Below, one piece after another: positions 18,789 through 28,280 of a DNA stretch of 64,000 nt (its first letter is position 1; each line of letters starts with the position of its first letter). Both the position numbers and the translations under genes were made by a program. The notes under the pieces were generated by a model. It searched no databases and had not been told where the DNA came from. It saw only the letters and a program-made list of their open reading frames with translations. Source of the stretch: a bacterium (lineage in GTDB: Bacteria > UBA8248); assembly GCA_965207065.1 (NCBI GenBank), contig OZ242260.1, forward strand, positions 1,760,001 through 1,824,000, in the 5' to 3' direction.

Positions 18789-20120
18789 GTGAGAGGATTT
18801 TCGAGTAGGCGGATTCCGGCTGTTCTCGTCGTGGCCTTGGTGTTTAGTTTTTGGGCGCAGACGGACGTGGCTCTCGCTCAAGCGGCAACGGAGAAGCTGG
18901 TGGTGAAGGAAGTTCCTCCGGTGAAGGTTGAGAAGAAAGCGGTGAAAGAGATAGTCCAGCCCTTAATTTCCAAGGAAGTGAAAGAAAGTGTCATTAATGA
19001 ACTCAGGCGCGAACTACTGGATCAGCGGGCGGATTACATCGACCGCTGGCTGGCCGTCGTCGCTATCTTCCTTACTTTCTTCGGTATCATCGTCGCTATT
19101 CTCGGTATCATCGGCTTCAGAAGATTCCAGGGCATAGAGAAAGAGGCGCGAGAAAGTACTGGAGCTGCCAAAAAGCATGTCGATGAGGCTAAGAAACTTG
19201 TCGAGGAGATTGTAGAGTTTCGAGACCAAGTAAAAGACATCCGAGATGAGACTGCAGAGACCGCTGCAAATGAACCTGAAAGGGTGAAACAGGTTGCCGA
19301 GGATGTCCGTGAAAATCCGCAAGCACCTCTTACAATTCAGGCTATTGCTGACGCACTTTCACTTCAACAAGTGGAAAAATTTGATGAAGCTGTTGAAAAA
19401 TGGCTAGCTATCGCAAAGGTTGCTGAAGGGCATGACAATGATCTTGCCGCAAGAGCTTGGTTTTCTGTCGGTTATTTGCATAGTCTACAGAAAAAACACG
19501 GAGAAGCGATTGACGCCTATAGTAAGTCGATTGCTCTAAATCCTAACGTGGCCGTAACTTATAACAACCGGGGTGCTGCGAGAAACGAGTTAGGCCTGTA
19601 TGAGGACGCAAGCAATGATTGCAACCAAGCGATCAATATCGACTCAGTCTATGCACCAGCTTACATCAATCGGGGGGTTGCAAAGTCTGCTCTAGGGCAA
19701 TACGAAAGCGCAATTGCAGATTACGACAATGCCATCCATTTGGATTCGAATTTGACTAATGCTTTTAACAACCGCGGTATTGTGATGGGTAAATTAGATC
19801 GTTATGAAGAAGCCATTTCAGATTATGATAAGGCCATTAGCCTAAAGCCAGATAATGCCGAAGCTTACAACAATCGTGGTGTTGCGCAAATGAATTTGAG
19901 TCGGTTCGAAGCAGCTATAACAGATTACCGCGAAGCGCTAAATCTGGGATTTGATAAAACCAAAGCCTATTTTAACTTGGGTGAGGCGCAGGCCAAGTTG
20001 GGTCAAAAAGATGAGGCTAGGAGAGATCTAAAGACGTCTCTCCAACTGGCGCGGGCAGCTGACAATCAGAAAGTCATCAGCCAAGTGGAGTTGGAACTAA
20101 ACAAACTCGATGAGCAATAA
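18789..20120 (+). CDS. Membrane-anchored TPR-repeat protein
   Basis: Signal peptide, TM helix, coiled coil, ~6 TPRs (YNNRG/YINRG/FNNRG/YFNLG); 3' half is visibly lower GC. Confidence 0.88.
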   Translation: MRGFSSRRIPAVLVVALVFSFWAQTDVALAQAATEKLVVKEVPPVKVEKKAVKEIVQPLISKEVKESVINELRRELLDQRADYIDRWLAVVAIFLTFFGIIVAILGIIGFRRFQGIEKEARESTGAAKKHVDEAKKLVEEIVEFRDQVKDIRDETAETAANEPERVKQVAEDVRENPQAPLTIQAIADALSLQQVEKFDEAVEKWLAIAKVAEGHDNDLAARAWFSVGYLHSLQKKHGEAIDAYSKSIALNPNVAVTYNNRGAARNELGLYEDASNDCNQAINIDSVYAPAYINRGVAKSALGQYESAIADYDNAIHLDSNLTNAFNNRGIVMGKLDRYEEAISDYDKAISLKPDNAEAYNNRGVAQMNLSRFEAAITDYREALNLGFDKTKAYFNLGEAQAKLGQKDEARRDLKTSLQLARAADNQKVISQVELELNKLDEQ

Positions 20121-20229
20121 GACACGCGATTCCTTATAAGAGAAAACGCATCATTAATCCCCCATATTTCCGCGAAGGCAAATCTTCTTTCCTTGAGAAG
20201 CCCGACGTCAAAACGAGTCAAGCAAGAAC

Positions 20230-20411
20230 CACTCCCCCTTGAGGGGGAGTCGATGAGCTAAGGGCGTAGCCCGCAAGCGAGTCGGTGGGGGGTATAATTC
20301 GAATTGTGTCACAATTCAGGACACACCCCCCACCCAGTCAGCCTTCACCTGTCGGTTCGGCTTCCTCGTCGGGCTTTCCCCTCGGAAAGATCGACCCTCA
20401 CGGGGGGAGTG
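20230..20411. repeat. Palindromic cassette family A, copy 3 (extra hairpin at right end)
   Basis: CACTCCCCCTTGAGGGGGAGTCGA ... CCCTCACGGGGGGAGTG. Confidence 0.88.
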
Positions 20412-20432
20412 GTTTTAGAAACTGCGTTCTTC

Positions 20433-20498
20433 GTAGGGACAACCATTCGGGTTGTCCTGCCTCCTGTGGTTGTCGGACAAGTCGCGACCTATCCCTAC
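20433..20498. repeat. GTAG-type REP doublet
   Basis: GTAGGGACAACCATTCGGGTTGTCC ... GGACAAGTCGCGACCTATCCCTAC. Confidence 0.75.
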
Positions 20499-20646
20499 AG
20501 ACCCCCTCCTCAGTCGAGTTTGACCCAACAACAAAACCCCTTCCGGCTCATACCGGAAGGGGCCGATCCAGTGCTGCGGGATGTTCAGGTGCAAAAACCC
20601 TGTTATGCGGAGGGACGCGCGGGGTCGATTTCCACTCACTAGTCCC

Positions 20647-20892
20647 CTATTTCTTCTTCATGGGCGTTGCCGTTTTTTCCAGGTGCATGTGCGTGTCGCA
20701 GTTCGCGGGACCGCACGAGGTGGGGTAGCAGATTATGCGGCCGTCGAGTTTGCCGCAGGTGATTTTCTCCAGACAGACCTTCGCTTTGTCGCATCCTTTG
20801 TGCTCGTTCTTGACGTCGTGCGCGAATCCTGGGTTCGCGGCGCCGATCGCCATTCCCGTCGCAACCAGTGCGGCGAACAGTATCTTTTTCAT
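20647..20892 (-). CDS. Small secreted Cys-rich protein (81 aa)
   Basis: AAGGA RBS; signal peptide MKKILFAALVATGMAIGAANPGFA; 6 Cys in the mature part. Confidence 0.7.
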   Translation of the reverse strand: MKKILFAALVATGMAIGAANPGFAHDVKNEHKGCDKAKVCLEKITCGKLDGRIICYPTSCGPANCDTHMHLEKTATPMKKK

Positions 20893-21086
20893 CGCTGTTT
20901 CCTTTTTCGGCGGCGATGACGTCTGATTGTAGGATTGCTTTGCTGAACGTCCTGCTTGGTTGAATTGATGTATCCCTCCTCATGACGAAATATAGGTCTT
21001 GCGCGGCGAAAGCGCCATATTTTTTTCGGGGGAAAACCGTAAGGCGCCTGACGGTATACGCTGCGAATGACGGATTCATCTATTTC

Positions 21087-21268
21087 GTAGGGACAGGCCC
21101 CCGTGCCTGTCCTGGTCCTTTCCGCCCCCGAATGGACAACTACGGGGGGTTGTCCCTACGGCCAATCATGCCAGAGTCCGTATATCATCAGGGCGAACAC
21201 ATAGGTTCTCCCCTACGAAACCTTGGCGCATTGATGCCTCCGTAGGGGCGGACCTGTGTGTTCGCCCG
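21087..21268. repeat. Cluster of four GTAG-type REP palindromes (REPIN-like)
   Basis: GTAGGGACAGGCCCCCGTGCCTGTCC, GGACAACTACGGGGGGTTGTCCCTAC, GGGCGAACACATAGGTTCTCCCCTAC, GTAGGGGCGGACCTGTGTGTTCGCCC. Confidence 0.85.
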
Positions 21269-21406
21269 CACTTTGTGCTCAAAATTCTTTTCTCTCATCA
21301 TTCGGCAGCCCCTCCCTCCTCGGTCAGGGCTGACCCTTTTGACCTCGCACCCCCCTCTCTGTACACTCCCGCGCGTTTGTTCATGGTTCATTCAGGAGCG
21401 TAATAC

Positions 21407-22462
21407 GTGAAGATAGGCATCATCGGCCCCGCCGCCAGCGGCAAGACGACCCTGTTCAACGCGCTCACGGGCGGCGCGGCCTCCACGGGTGGATATGGCG
21501 CCGCGCGCGTGAACATCGGCGCGGCGGCGGTGGCGGACGCGCGGGTGGACGCCCTGAGCGGGGTCTTCAATCCGAAAAAGACGACATACGCGGGCGTCAA
21601 TTTCGTGGACGCGGGCGTGGGAGACGGGGGCGCTGCGAAGAGCGGCGAGGCCATCCCGCAGGCGCTGGAGGGTGCGGATGCGCTGCTTGTCGTCGTGCGC
21701 GCATTCGAGGACGCGGGCGTTCCCCATCCCAGGGAAAGCATCGACCCCGCGCGCGATCTGGCCGACGTTCGCTTCGACCTGATGCTGCGCGACTTGTCGG
21801 TCGTAGAGCGCCGCATGGAGCGGCTTGCGAAGCTGGTGCGCGTCAAGAAAGACGCGGCGGAAGCAGCGGAGTTCGCCCTGCTGGGCCGAATCCGCGAGGT
21901 GCTCGAAGAGGGCCGACCTGTCCGTTCTTTGGATATGAGTGAGGAGGAAACGCGTATCATTAAAGGGTTCGGGTTTCTCTCCGCCAAGCCGCTCCTGGTT
22001 GTGGTGAACGTCGGCGAGGATCAACTGGGAGAGGCGGACGCGTTCGCCAGACTGAAAGGCGAGACGCCCGTCGCCCTCGCCGCGCGTCTGGAGGAAGAAC
22101 TCGCGCAGTTGCCCGGTGAGGAGCAGGCGGAGTTTCTGGCGGATTACGACCTCGAATCCTCAGCGCTCGACAAGGTGGTTCAGGCGTCGTTCGATCTGCT
22201 CAATCTCAGGTGTTTCTTCACCGTGGGGGAGGATGAGGTGCGCTCCTGGCCGGTCCGCGCGGGCACGGTCGCGCTCCACGCGGCGGGGACGATTCACTCC
22301 GATCTCGAGCGCGGCTTCATTCGCGCGGAGGTGATCTCATATCCCGACTTCATGGCGGCGGGTTCGCTCTCTGCCGCGCGGGACAGGGGAACCTTGAGAC
22401 TGGAAGGCAAGGACTACGTCGTCAAGGACGGCGACATCTTCCACGTGCGCTTCAACGTGTAG
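21407..22462 (+). CDS. ychF: Obg-family ATPase YchF (somewhat divergent G motifs)
   Basis: GPAASGKTTLFNAL, FFTVGEDEVRSW, IHSDLERGFIRAEV, RLEGKDYVVKDGD..RFNV. Confidence 0.9.
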   Translation: MKIGIIGPAASGKTTLFNALTGGAASTGGYGAARVNIGAAAVADARVDALSGVFNPKKTTYAGVNFVDAGVGDGGAAKSGEAIPQALEGADALLVVVRAFEDAGVPHPRESIDPARDLADVRFDLMLRDLSVVERRMERLAKLVRVKKDAAEAAEFALLGRIREVLEEGRPVRSLDMSEEETRIIKGFGFLSAKPLLVVVNVGEDQLGEADAFARLKGETPVALAARLEEELAQLPGEEQAEFLADYDLESSALDKVVQASFDLLNLRCFFTVGEDEVRSWPVRAGTVALHAAGTIHSDLERGFIRAEVISYPDFMAAGSLSAARDRGTLRLEGKDYVVKDGDIFHVRFNV

Positions 22463-22466
22463 TGTT

Positions 22467-23558
22467 TCAGGCTTGTCCGATAGCGGCGAGTATCCTCTCT
22501 CTCGCCTTCCGGTGCGCCTCACACCCGATAACCTCGAGCATCTCCGCGCGCCAGTTCGGCCGGCAGTAGCTCTCCTTCAATCTGCGAATCCGGTCCGATG
22601 AGGCCGCCTCCTGTTCGGGGGGTAGGTCCCTATCTCTGATGGCCCCTGCGATGGCGTCGCAGGCGCTTTCCTGCGCCTCTTCCGAATGACAGATGAGGGC
22701 GATGTCGGCCCCGGCGAGGATGCTTTGAAGGGCGGCCTCTGCGGCGTCGTCTATCGCGCCCATGTCCAGGTCATCCGTGATCGCGACGCCCCGGAAACCG
22801 AGTTCCCCGCGCAATAGTTCTTGAAGAAAGACGTGAGAGAGGCTCGCGGGCGCGGCTTCGTCTATCAGTTGAAAGTCCGCGTGGGCGACCATGACGCAGG
22901 CGGGCGGTGCGCGGCGGATAAGGTGCCGGAAGGGCATCAGTTCACGCGCCCGAAGGTCTTCGAGCGTGAGGCGGGAGGTCGGCAGTTCGTCGTGGGGGTC
23001 GGGGGTCATGTCGCCGATGCCGGGGAAATGCTTGGCGCAGGCGGCGACGCCTTCCTCCTGAAGGCCGGTGGCAGCGGCCGCGCCCATCAGGCCGACGACT
23101 TCGGCAGTCTCCCCAAAGGCGCGGTCGCCGATGACGGCGCATTCGGGGTTCGTGAGTATGTCCACGGCGGGTGCGAAGTTAAGGTTCACGCCGACCACTT
23201 CGAGTTCCGTCCCCGTGACCTTGGCGGCTTCCCTTGCGAGAGCGGGGTCGCCCGCGTCCCCGAAACCCCGCGCCGCCGGGAAGGTGGTGAAGTCACCAGA
23301 GAGCCTGCTCACGCGCCCGCCCTCCTGATCGATTCCCACGAGCAGGGGCGCTTCGAGCGGGGAGGCGAGTGCGGCAGTTTGCAAGGATGCGATGAGCGAG
23401 GCGGTCTGGCGGGCGGATCCGATGTTCCGCTGGAAGAAGATGACGCCGCCGATTCTGCCCGCGCGGACGCGCTGGATGAGCGAGGGCGGCGCTTCGGTTC
23501 CCTCGAAACCGGCCATGATGTGCTGACCGGCCCGGACTTCGGGCGCCTCTTCGTTCAT
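22467..23558 (-). CDS. nagZ: Beta-N-acetylhexosaminidase (GH3)
   Basis: IDQEGGRVSR, KHFPGIGDMTPDPH, ITDDLDMGA. Confidence 0.88.
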   Translation of the reverse strand: MNEEAPEVRAGQHIMAGFEGTEAPPSLIQRVRAGRIGGVIFFQRNIGSARQTASLIASLQTAALASPLEAPLLVGIDQEGGRVSRLSGDFTTFPAARGFGDAGDPALAREAAKVTGTELEVVGVNLNFAPAVDILTNPECAVIGDRAFGETAEVVGLMGAAAATGLQEEGVAACAKHFPGIGDMTPDPHDELPTSRLTLEDLRARELMPFRHLIRRAPPACVMVAHADFQLIDEAAPASLSHVFLQELLRGELGFRGVAITDDLDMGAIDDAAEAALQSILAGADIALICHSEEAQESACDAIAGAIRDRDLPPEQEAASSDRIRRLKESYCRPNWRAEMLEVIGCEAHRKARERILAAIGQA

Positions 23559-23565
23559 GCGCGCC

Positions 23566-24258
23566 CTAGCCCTCGCGCATCCGCGTGATGACGAAAGACT
23601 CCGCTACCGGAAAACCGGCCGCGCGGCCCGCGTCTTCTAATCGGTGGCGCGTGCGTTTCTCGAACGCTTTCGGATTCTTGATCTGGCACTTGTGCGCGCA
23701 TACCGCGCGGACTTTCACGTCGAAGGTCTCCGTTATATCCACGTAGAAGTTGGGTACGCGCGTATTGATAAAGAGGAGGTTGTTCGTGTGGTGCGCGCCG
23801 ATGCCGGCGTAGGTGAGTTCGGGCAGGAAATGGTGATCCCGCGCGTAGACCACCGCCTTGAACGTGGCGTGGCCGATGGCCTGGTGGTCGGGGTGCTGGT
23901 AGTAGGTGCGCCAGGGGTCGTGGGTCAGGATGGTATCTGGCCTGAAGTGGCGGATCAGGAAGGCGATCTGGTTCCTGAACGCGCGCGTGTCCTCGAGTTC
24001 CCCGTCGCGGTGGCGCAGGAAAAGGGTCTCCGCAACGCCCAGTATGCGGGAGGCTTCGAGCTGTTCCGCCTCGCGGATCTTGGCGAGGTCGAAGGGGCTG
24101 ACCTCGTCCTTCGTGCCCTTGTCCCCGTTCGTGCAGACGACCGTGCGAACGGTCGCGCCCTCCCGCGTCCAGCGGGCGATGCTCCCTCCCGAGGATAGTT
24201 CCGCATCGTCGGGGTGGGCGACGACGACGAGTATGTTTCTGAATTCCGTGTGACTCAC
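23566..24258 (-). CDS. PIG-L family N-acetylglucosamine deacetylase (MshB/BshB-like)
   Basis: VAHPDDAE and HPDH zinc motifs. Confidence 0.9.
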   Translation of the reverse strand: MSHTEFRNILVVVAHPDDAELSSGGSIARWTREGATVRTVVCTNGDKGTKDEVSPFDLAKIREAEQLEASRILGVAETLFLRHRDGELEDTRAFRNQIAFLIRHFRPDTILTHDPWRTYYQHPDHQAIGHATFKAVVYARDHHFLPELTYAGIGAHHTNNLLFINTRVPNFYVDITETFDVKVRAVCAHKCQIKNPKAFEKRTRHRLEDAGRAAGFPVAESFVITRMREG

Positions 24259-24276
24259 TTGCGTTTCCTTCCGTGT

Positions 24277-25581
24277 CTATGATGCGTGTGGTGAGGTAAG
24301 CGCCGCTCCCTGTCGCAGCCGCGCCCAGATGTCGAGTTCCGCCTCCGCGATCCGCCTCCAGGCGAATAATTCCGCCCATTCAAGCGTCGCGCGATGGGGG
24401 CGCTCAGGAGGGTTTTCGAGCATCGCAATCATCTTCTTTGCGTAGGCTGTTATGTCACCGTCCGCGATGAGATGTCCGCTCACACCCTCGCTTACCGCCT
24501 GGGAGAGGCCGCCCACGTCGAAGGCGAGCGTCGGCGCCCCGCACGCGGCCGCCTCGATAGCCGTCATGCCGAAGCTCTCATAGCGCGAGGGCAGCGCGAA
24601 GATGTCGGCTGCGGAATAATAAAGAGGTAAATCCTCCTGAGGCTTCGCGCCTGAGAAGATCATGGCGTCCGCCACGCCGAGCCCCTGCGCCAATTCTTCC
24701 AGACACGCGACTTCGGCTCCCTGTGCGGGAGAGGCGAAATCTCCTGCGTGATAACTCCTCTCGACTTTTTGCGCGCCCTCTCTTATTTCACCGCCTAAGT
24801 GAAGGAGGCGCGCATCCAGCTCCGGTCGTTCCCGGCGCATGACGGCGAAGGCCTCGACGAGGCGGTCGAGACCCTTCACGCGCTCGATGCGGCCCACGCT
24901 CAGGATGTGTGCGAGGTCAGGCTTCAGGCCCAGCCGCGCGTGCGCCTCGGATTTGGGATGCGGCCGGAAGGTCTCCAGGTCCACACCGCAGGGGACGACG
25001 TGGACTTCCGTCGCGCCCGATATCTCGTCAATCGCGCGCGCCTCGGTGGGCGATGAGGTGAGAACCGCATCCGCCGCTTGTGCGAGCGCAGGCTCTCTCT
25101 CGAGCCGCACGTCTGACTCATGTCTGGTGTCTGCAGGCAGGGCGTCGTTTTTGAGCGCGGCCAGGGTGTGGAAGCGAACCGCGAGGGGAACGCCCCATGC
25201 TCTGGCCAGAATCTCGCCGGCAAGGCCCGAGAGCCAGTAATGCGCGGAAACGCCGTCATAACGCGCTCCGTCATTCTCCGCGAAGGCGAGAATCCCCTCG
25301 GCGAAGGCGTCCGCCCATTCGACTTGCGCGTCCTTGTCGAGTCTTTCCTTTGGTCCCGCCTCGACGCGGATGAGGCGCGCGCCGTCGGCGATTGTGACCT
25401 GGCGCTCGCTTGAGACCGATTCCAGTCGGGTGAAGATATCCGCTCCGACGCCCAGGCTTGCGAGCGCCTTCGCGACCTCGCGGGCGTAGACGTTCATGCC
25501 GCCCGTGAAGTCCCCTCCCAGGGGAGCGAGGGGGTCGGTGTGCATCGAGAGGATCGCGAGACGGGTGGGCTCGGCAATCAT
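24277..25581 (-). CDS. GT4 glycosyltransferase, MshA-like (D-inositol-3-phosphate glycosyltransferase-like)
   Basis: LSMHTDPL..LGG..GGMNVY, HYWLSG, FHTLAALKN, PSRYESFGM. Confidence 0.85.
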   Translation of the reverse strand: MIAEPTRLAILSMHTDPLAPLGGDFTGGMNVYAREVAKALASLGVGADIFTRLESVSSERQVTIADGARLIRVEAGPKERLDKDAQVEWADAFAEGILAFAENDGARYDGVSAHYWLSGLAGEILARAWGVPLAVRFHTLAALKNDALPADTRHESDVRLEREPALAQAADAVLTSSPTEARAIDEISGATEVHVVPCGVDLETFRPHPKSEAHARLGLKPDLAHILSVGRIERVKGLDRLVEAFAVMRRERPELDARLLHLGGEIREGAQKVERSYHAGDFASPAQGAEVACLEELAQGLGVADAMIFSGAKPQEDLPLYYSAADIFALPSRYESFGMTAIEAAACGAPTLAFDVGGLSQAVSEGVSGHLIADGDITAYAKKMIAMLENPPERPHRATLEWAELFAWRRIAEAELDIWARLRQGAALTSPHAS

Positions 25582-26597
25582 CGCGCGCTCCTCTCGATTC
25601 GCACGCGCATCACGCGTTCATCCTGCGCGCCGTAGCGGTATTTGTAGGCCTCATCGCCCCTCAGCATGTCGAAGGATGCCCGCCCCGCCTGAATCGCCTC
25701 TTCCACGTTGTGGGCGAGCAGCACCAGGCCCGCGCTCAGTTCGTGCTCCACCGGGTCGAAGCCCGAGTTGTATAGATAAATCCTGTCTCCGTAATCGAAC
25801 GATAGGTTGGCTGCGACGGGATGGCCGTCCACGCGCATGACGCTCAGGTCCAGACAGCCGAGCGCGAGCATCGCCCGGGTCACGTCACCGAAGAAGGCTC
25901 TTCTGTCGGCGTTCCAGAAGTCCGCCTTTTCTTGCTGGCTCAGCGCGTGGAGGGTGATGAAGTCTTCGAGATCGGCGGCCAGTGCGTCCGCCGATTCCGT
26001 CCGTTCATACTCCAGCCCCGCCTCCATGTTGGCCTTTCGAATCTTTCGCCTCAAGTCACGCTCGTCCCGGGGAGCGAGCATCCCGGTGTATTCATCCCAC
26101 GAATCGGGAAGCGCGATGACGGGGCAGACTTCTTCCTCGGATATCGAGGCCGCCCCGCCCGTCAACTCCTCTATCGCCGCGACCGTGGGGGAGGTTTCGG
26201 GAATCCCGCGCAGGGAGAGTTCGCGCCAGGCGGGCGCGTCCGCTTCTTCGAGGGCGGCGAGAACCGCCCGCCAGCAGGCCAGGTGCGCTCCGTCGGCGGC
26301 GATGATGTCGAGGTAGTCCGAGAGGTCGTCCCCTCCCGTCAGGCGCAGGCGTCCGCCCTCGCTCAGGACGAAGGGCGCCACGCCGGAGAGTGCGCCGTTC
26401 TCATCGCGCAGGGCGTAGACGCGCAGTTCGCCCGCGCCGAAGTTCCGCCACCACGCGGCGTGCCACGCGGGGTCGTAAAAGGGATGCGCGTGGGCGGAGC
26501 GCGCCATCAGCGCGCGCCACTCGGCTTCCAGGCCTGTGAACGCCTCGGGCGAGGTGAAGGCTTCTAGCTGCAATGAAGAACATGAACTTTGCGACAT
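25578..26597 (-). CDS. GNAT, CelD/BcsL-like (Acetyltransf_6-type)
   Basis: PFYDPAWHAAWW, SDYLDII, YLYNSGFD, FDMLRGDEAYKYRYGA. Confidence 0.85.
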   Translation of the reverse strand: MSQSSCSSLQLEAFTSPEAFTGLEAEWRALMARSAHAHPFYDPAWHAAWWRNFGAGELRVYALRDENGALSGVAPFVLSEGGRLRLTGGDDLSDYLDIIAADGAHLACWRAVLAALEEADAPAWRELSLRGIPETSPTVAAIEELTGGAASISEEEVCPVIALPDSWDEYTGMLAPRDERDLRRKIRKANMEAGLEYERTESADALAADLEDFITLHALSQQEKADFWNADRRAFFGDVTRAMLALGCLDLSVMRVDGHPVAANLSFDYGDRIYLYNSGFDPVEHELSAGLVLLAHNVEEAIQAGRASFDMLRGDEAYKYRYGAQDERVMRVRIERSAR

Positions 26598-26648
26598 CGG
26601 GATTCCTTCGCATCCATCGCGCCTGTGGGCGCGCGTTGATTTTGTCCG

Positions 26649-27242
26649 CTACGCGAACTCCAGCCCGACAAACGTGGCCGTCGGGTGTCCCTCCAGGGGG
26701 TCCGAAAGGTTCGAGCGGGTGAAGACGAAAAACCGGTTGTGGTAGAGCGTCTGAAACTGGATGAAGCCCGCCTTGTCCACCCCGCGCCTCGAAGCCATGT
26801 TCTTCGCTTCCACGAAAATGAGAGAGCGCGTAAGACCCAGCTTCTCGCCGTATTCGAGCGCGCGCCTGAGCACGGATGGATAGAGATTTTTCCCCCGCCA
26901 GGGCTCCAGCGTGAAGGCGTCGTAGAGGTAGATCTCCTTGGCCTCGGGTTTCACGGCCTTGTCGATTTCCTCCACGCCCACCACGCCGCGCGCGCCCCAG
27001 ATGTAGCTCACCGCCTTGCCGTCTTCCAGCGCGACGAAACACTTCTCGCCCCGCTCGAAGCGCCTCCCCGTCAGGCTCTCGCCCTGCACGTCGGTTATCA
27101 GGTGGCGATTCGGCGACGCCTCGTCGAGGATGATGTGCTCCACCTCGATTCTCGCATCGCTCGGCGGTATTTCGGTGGGATGCGGAAAATCGTACAGACA
27201 AAGCTCCACCGACGTGAGAAATGTCGTTTTCAGGAAATCCAA
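26649..27242 (-). CDS. GNAT family N-acetyltransferase
   Basis: YLYDAFTLEPWRGKNL (AcCoA loop); NMASRRGVDKAGF. Confidence 0.82.
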   Translation of the reverse strand: MDFLKTTFLTSVELCLYDFPHPTEIPPSDARIEVEHIILDEASPNRHLITDVQGESLTGRRFERGEKCFVALEDGKAVSYIWGARGVVGVEEIDKAVKPEAKEIYLYDAFTLEPWRGKNLYPSVLRRALEYGEKLGLTRSLIFVEAKNMASRRGVDKAGFIQFQTLYHNRFFVFTRSNLSDPLEGHPTATFVGLEFA

Positions 27243-27257
27243 CGGGGAATGACTCCT

Positions 27258-28280
27258 TTATTTGAGAAGCGCGTCGAGGAAATGTCCGAGCGAAGCTTGG
27301 AGAGGCCCGAAATCCCTCCTCTTTTCGAAATGCGCCCGCACCATCCTGGCGGTATGCGGAATGCTCGCCAGATAGCGCTCCGCTCCGCGCACCGCCTTTT
27401 GATAGGCGAAAGTGCCGATGGCCTTCAGGTTTCTCTGTATGGCGGTAGCCCGCAGGGCGCGTTCGTATTCTTCTTTATCCGAGAAGAGGCGGTGGCCGCA
27501 AGTCTCCCAGTAGCGGGCGGTGAGGTATTCCCGCGCCGAATCTCCCAGGTCGACGTAGCTGTCGAAGGCCAAAGACACCAGATCGTAAGTGGCGGGCCCC
27601 ATGCGCGCGTCCTGAAAATCGATGGCGATCACCGCCTCATCCAGGACCATCAGGTTCCTGCTGTGGTAGTCACGGTGCGTAAGGCGAAAGGGAATCCGGC
27701 AGATCTCTTCGCACAGTTTCCGGAACGCCGCATTAAGAATACGCTCATCCGTTTCCATCCCCAGGAGGCTCTCGAAAGCGTATTTGCGCGTGTGGTGAAG
27801 CTCGTTCGTGAAAAATTGAGCGTCGAATCGCCGCGTGAGCGCAATCCTCTCGCCAGCGGGCGCGCTCGGAGCCTCCTGCATGGCGGCCATCATGTCCATG
27901 GCGGCGTCGTAATGCGGCCCCGCTTCCTCCCATCCGCCGCCCCGCCATGTGTCTTCGAGCGATTCATCGCCGCAGTCTTCCAGCAGAATGACGCCCGCCT
28001 CCTCATCCACCGCGTAAATTTCTGGAACTCTGACGCCGATTTCCTTCAAATGCGCCTGCACGTCAATGAAGGGAAGGGTCTCTTTTACAAACGGCTCCGG
28101 CATAACCATGCCGATAGAACTCGGTCTCGCGCCATCTGCATGGGTGAGCCGGGCGTAGTCGCGCGTCGAGGCGTCACCCGCAAGGGGCGTGAGAGAAGAC
28201 ACGACGCCGCCGAAATGCGCACGCGCCAGGGTTTTCAGGCGCTCATGGGCTCGTGTCTGCTCCGCGAGGCTCGCCTTCAT
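27258..28280 (-). CDS. amgK: Anomeric MurNAc/GlcNAc kinase-like phosphotransferase (APH fold)
   Basis: LAGDASTRDYAR, LLEDCGD, THRDYHSRNLM, IDFQDARMGP, QRNLKAIGTF; ATGA overlap with upstream gene. Confidence 0.8.
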   Translation of the reverse strand: MKASLAEQTRAHERLKTLARAHFGGVVSSLTPLAGDASTRDYARLTHADGARPSSIGMVMPEPFVKETLPFIDVQAHLKEIGVRVPEIYAVDEEAGVILLEDCGDESLEDTWRGGGWEEAGPHYDAAMDMMAAMQEAPSAPAGERIALTRRFDAQFFTNELHHTRKYAFESLLGMETDERILNAAFRKLCEEICRIPFRLTHRDYHSRNLMVLDEAVIAIDFQDARMGPATYDLVSLAFDSYVDLGDSAREYLTARYWETCGHRLFSDKEEYERALRATAIQRNLKAIGTFAYQKAVRGAERYLASIPHTARMVRAHFEKRRDFGPLQASLGHFLDALLK

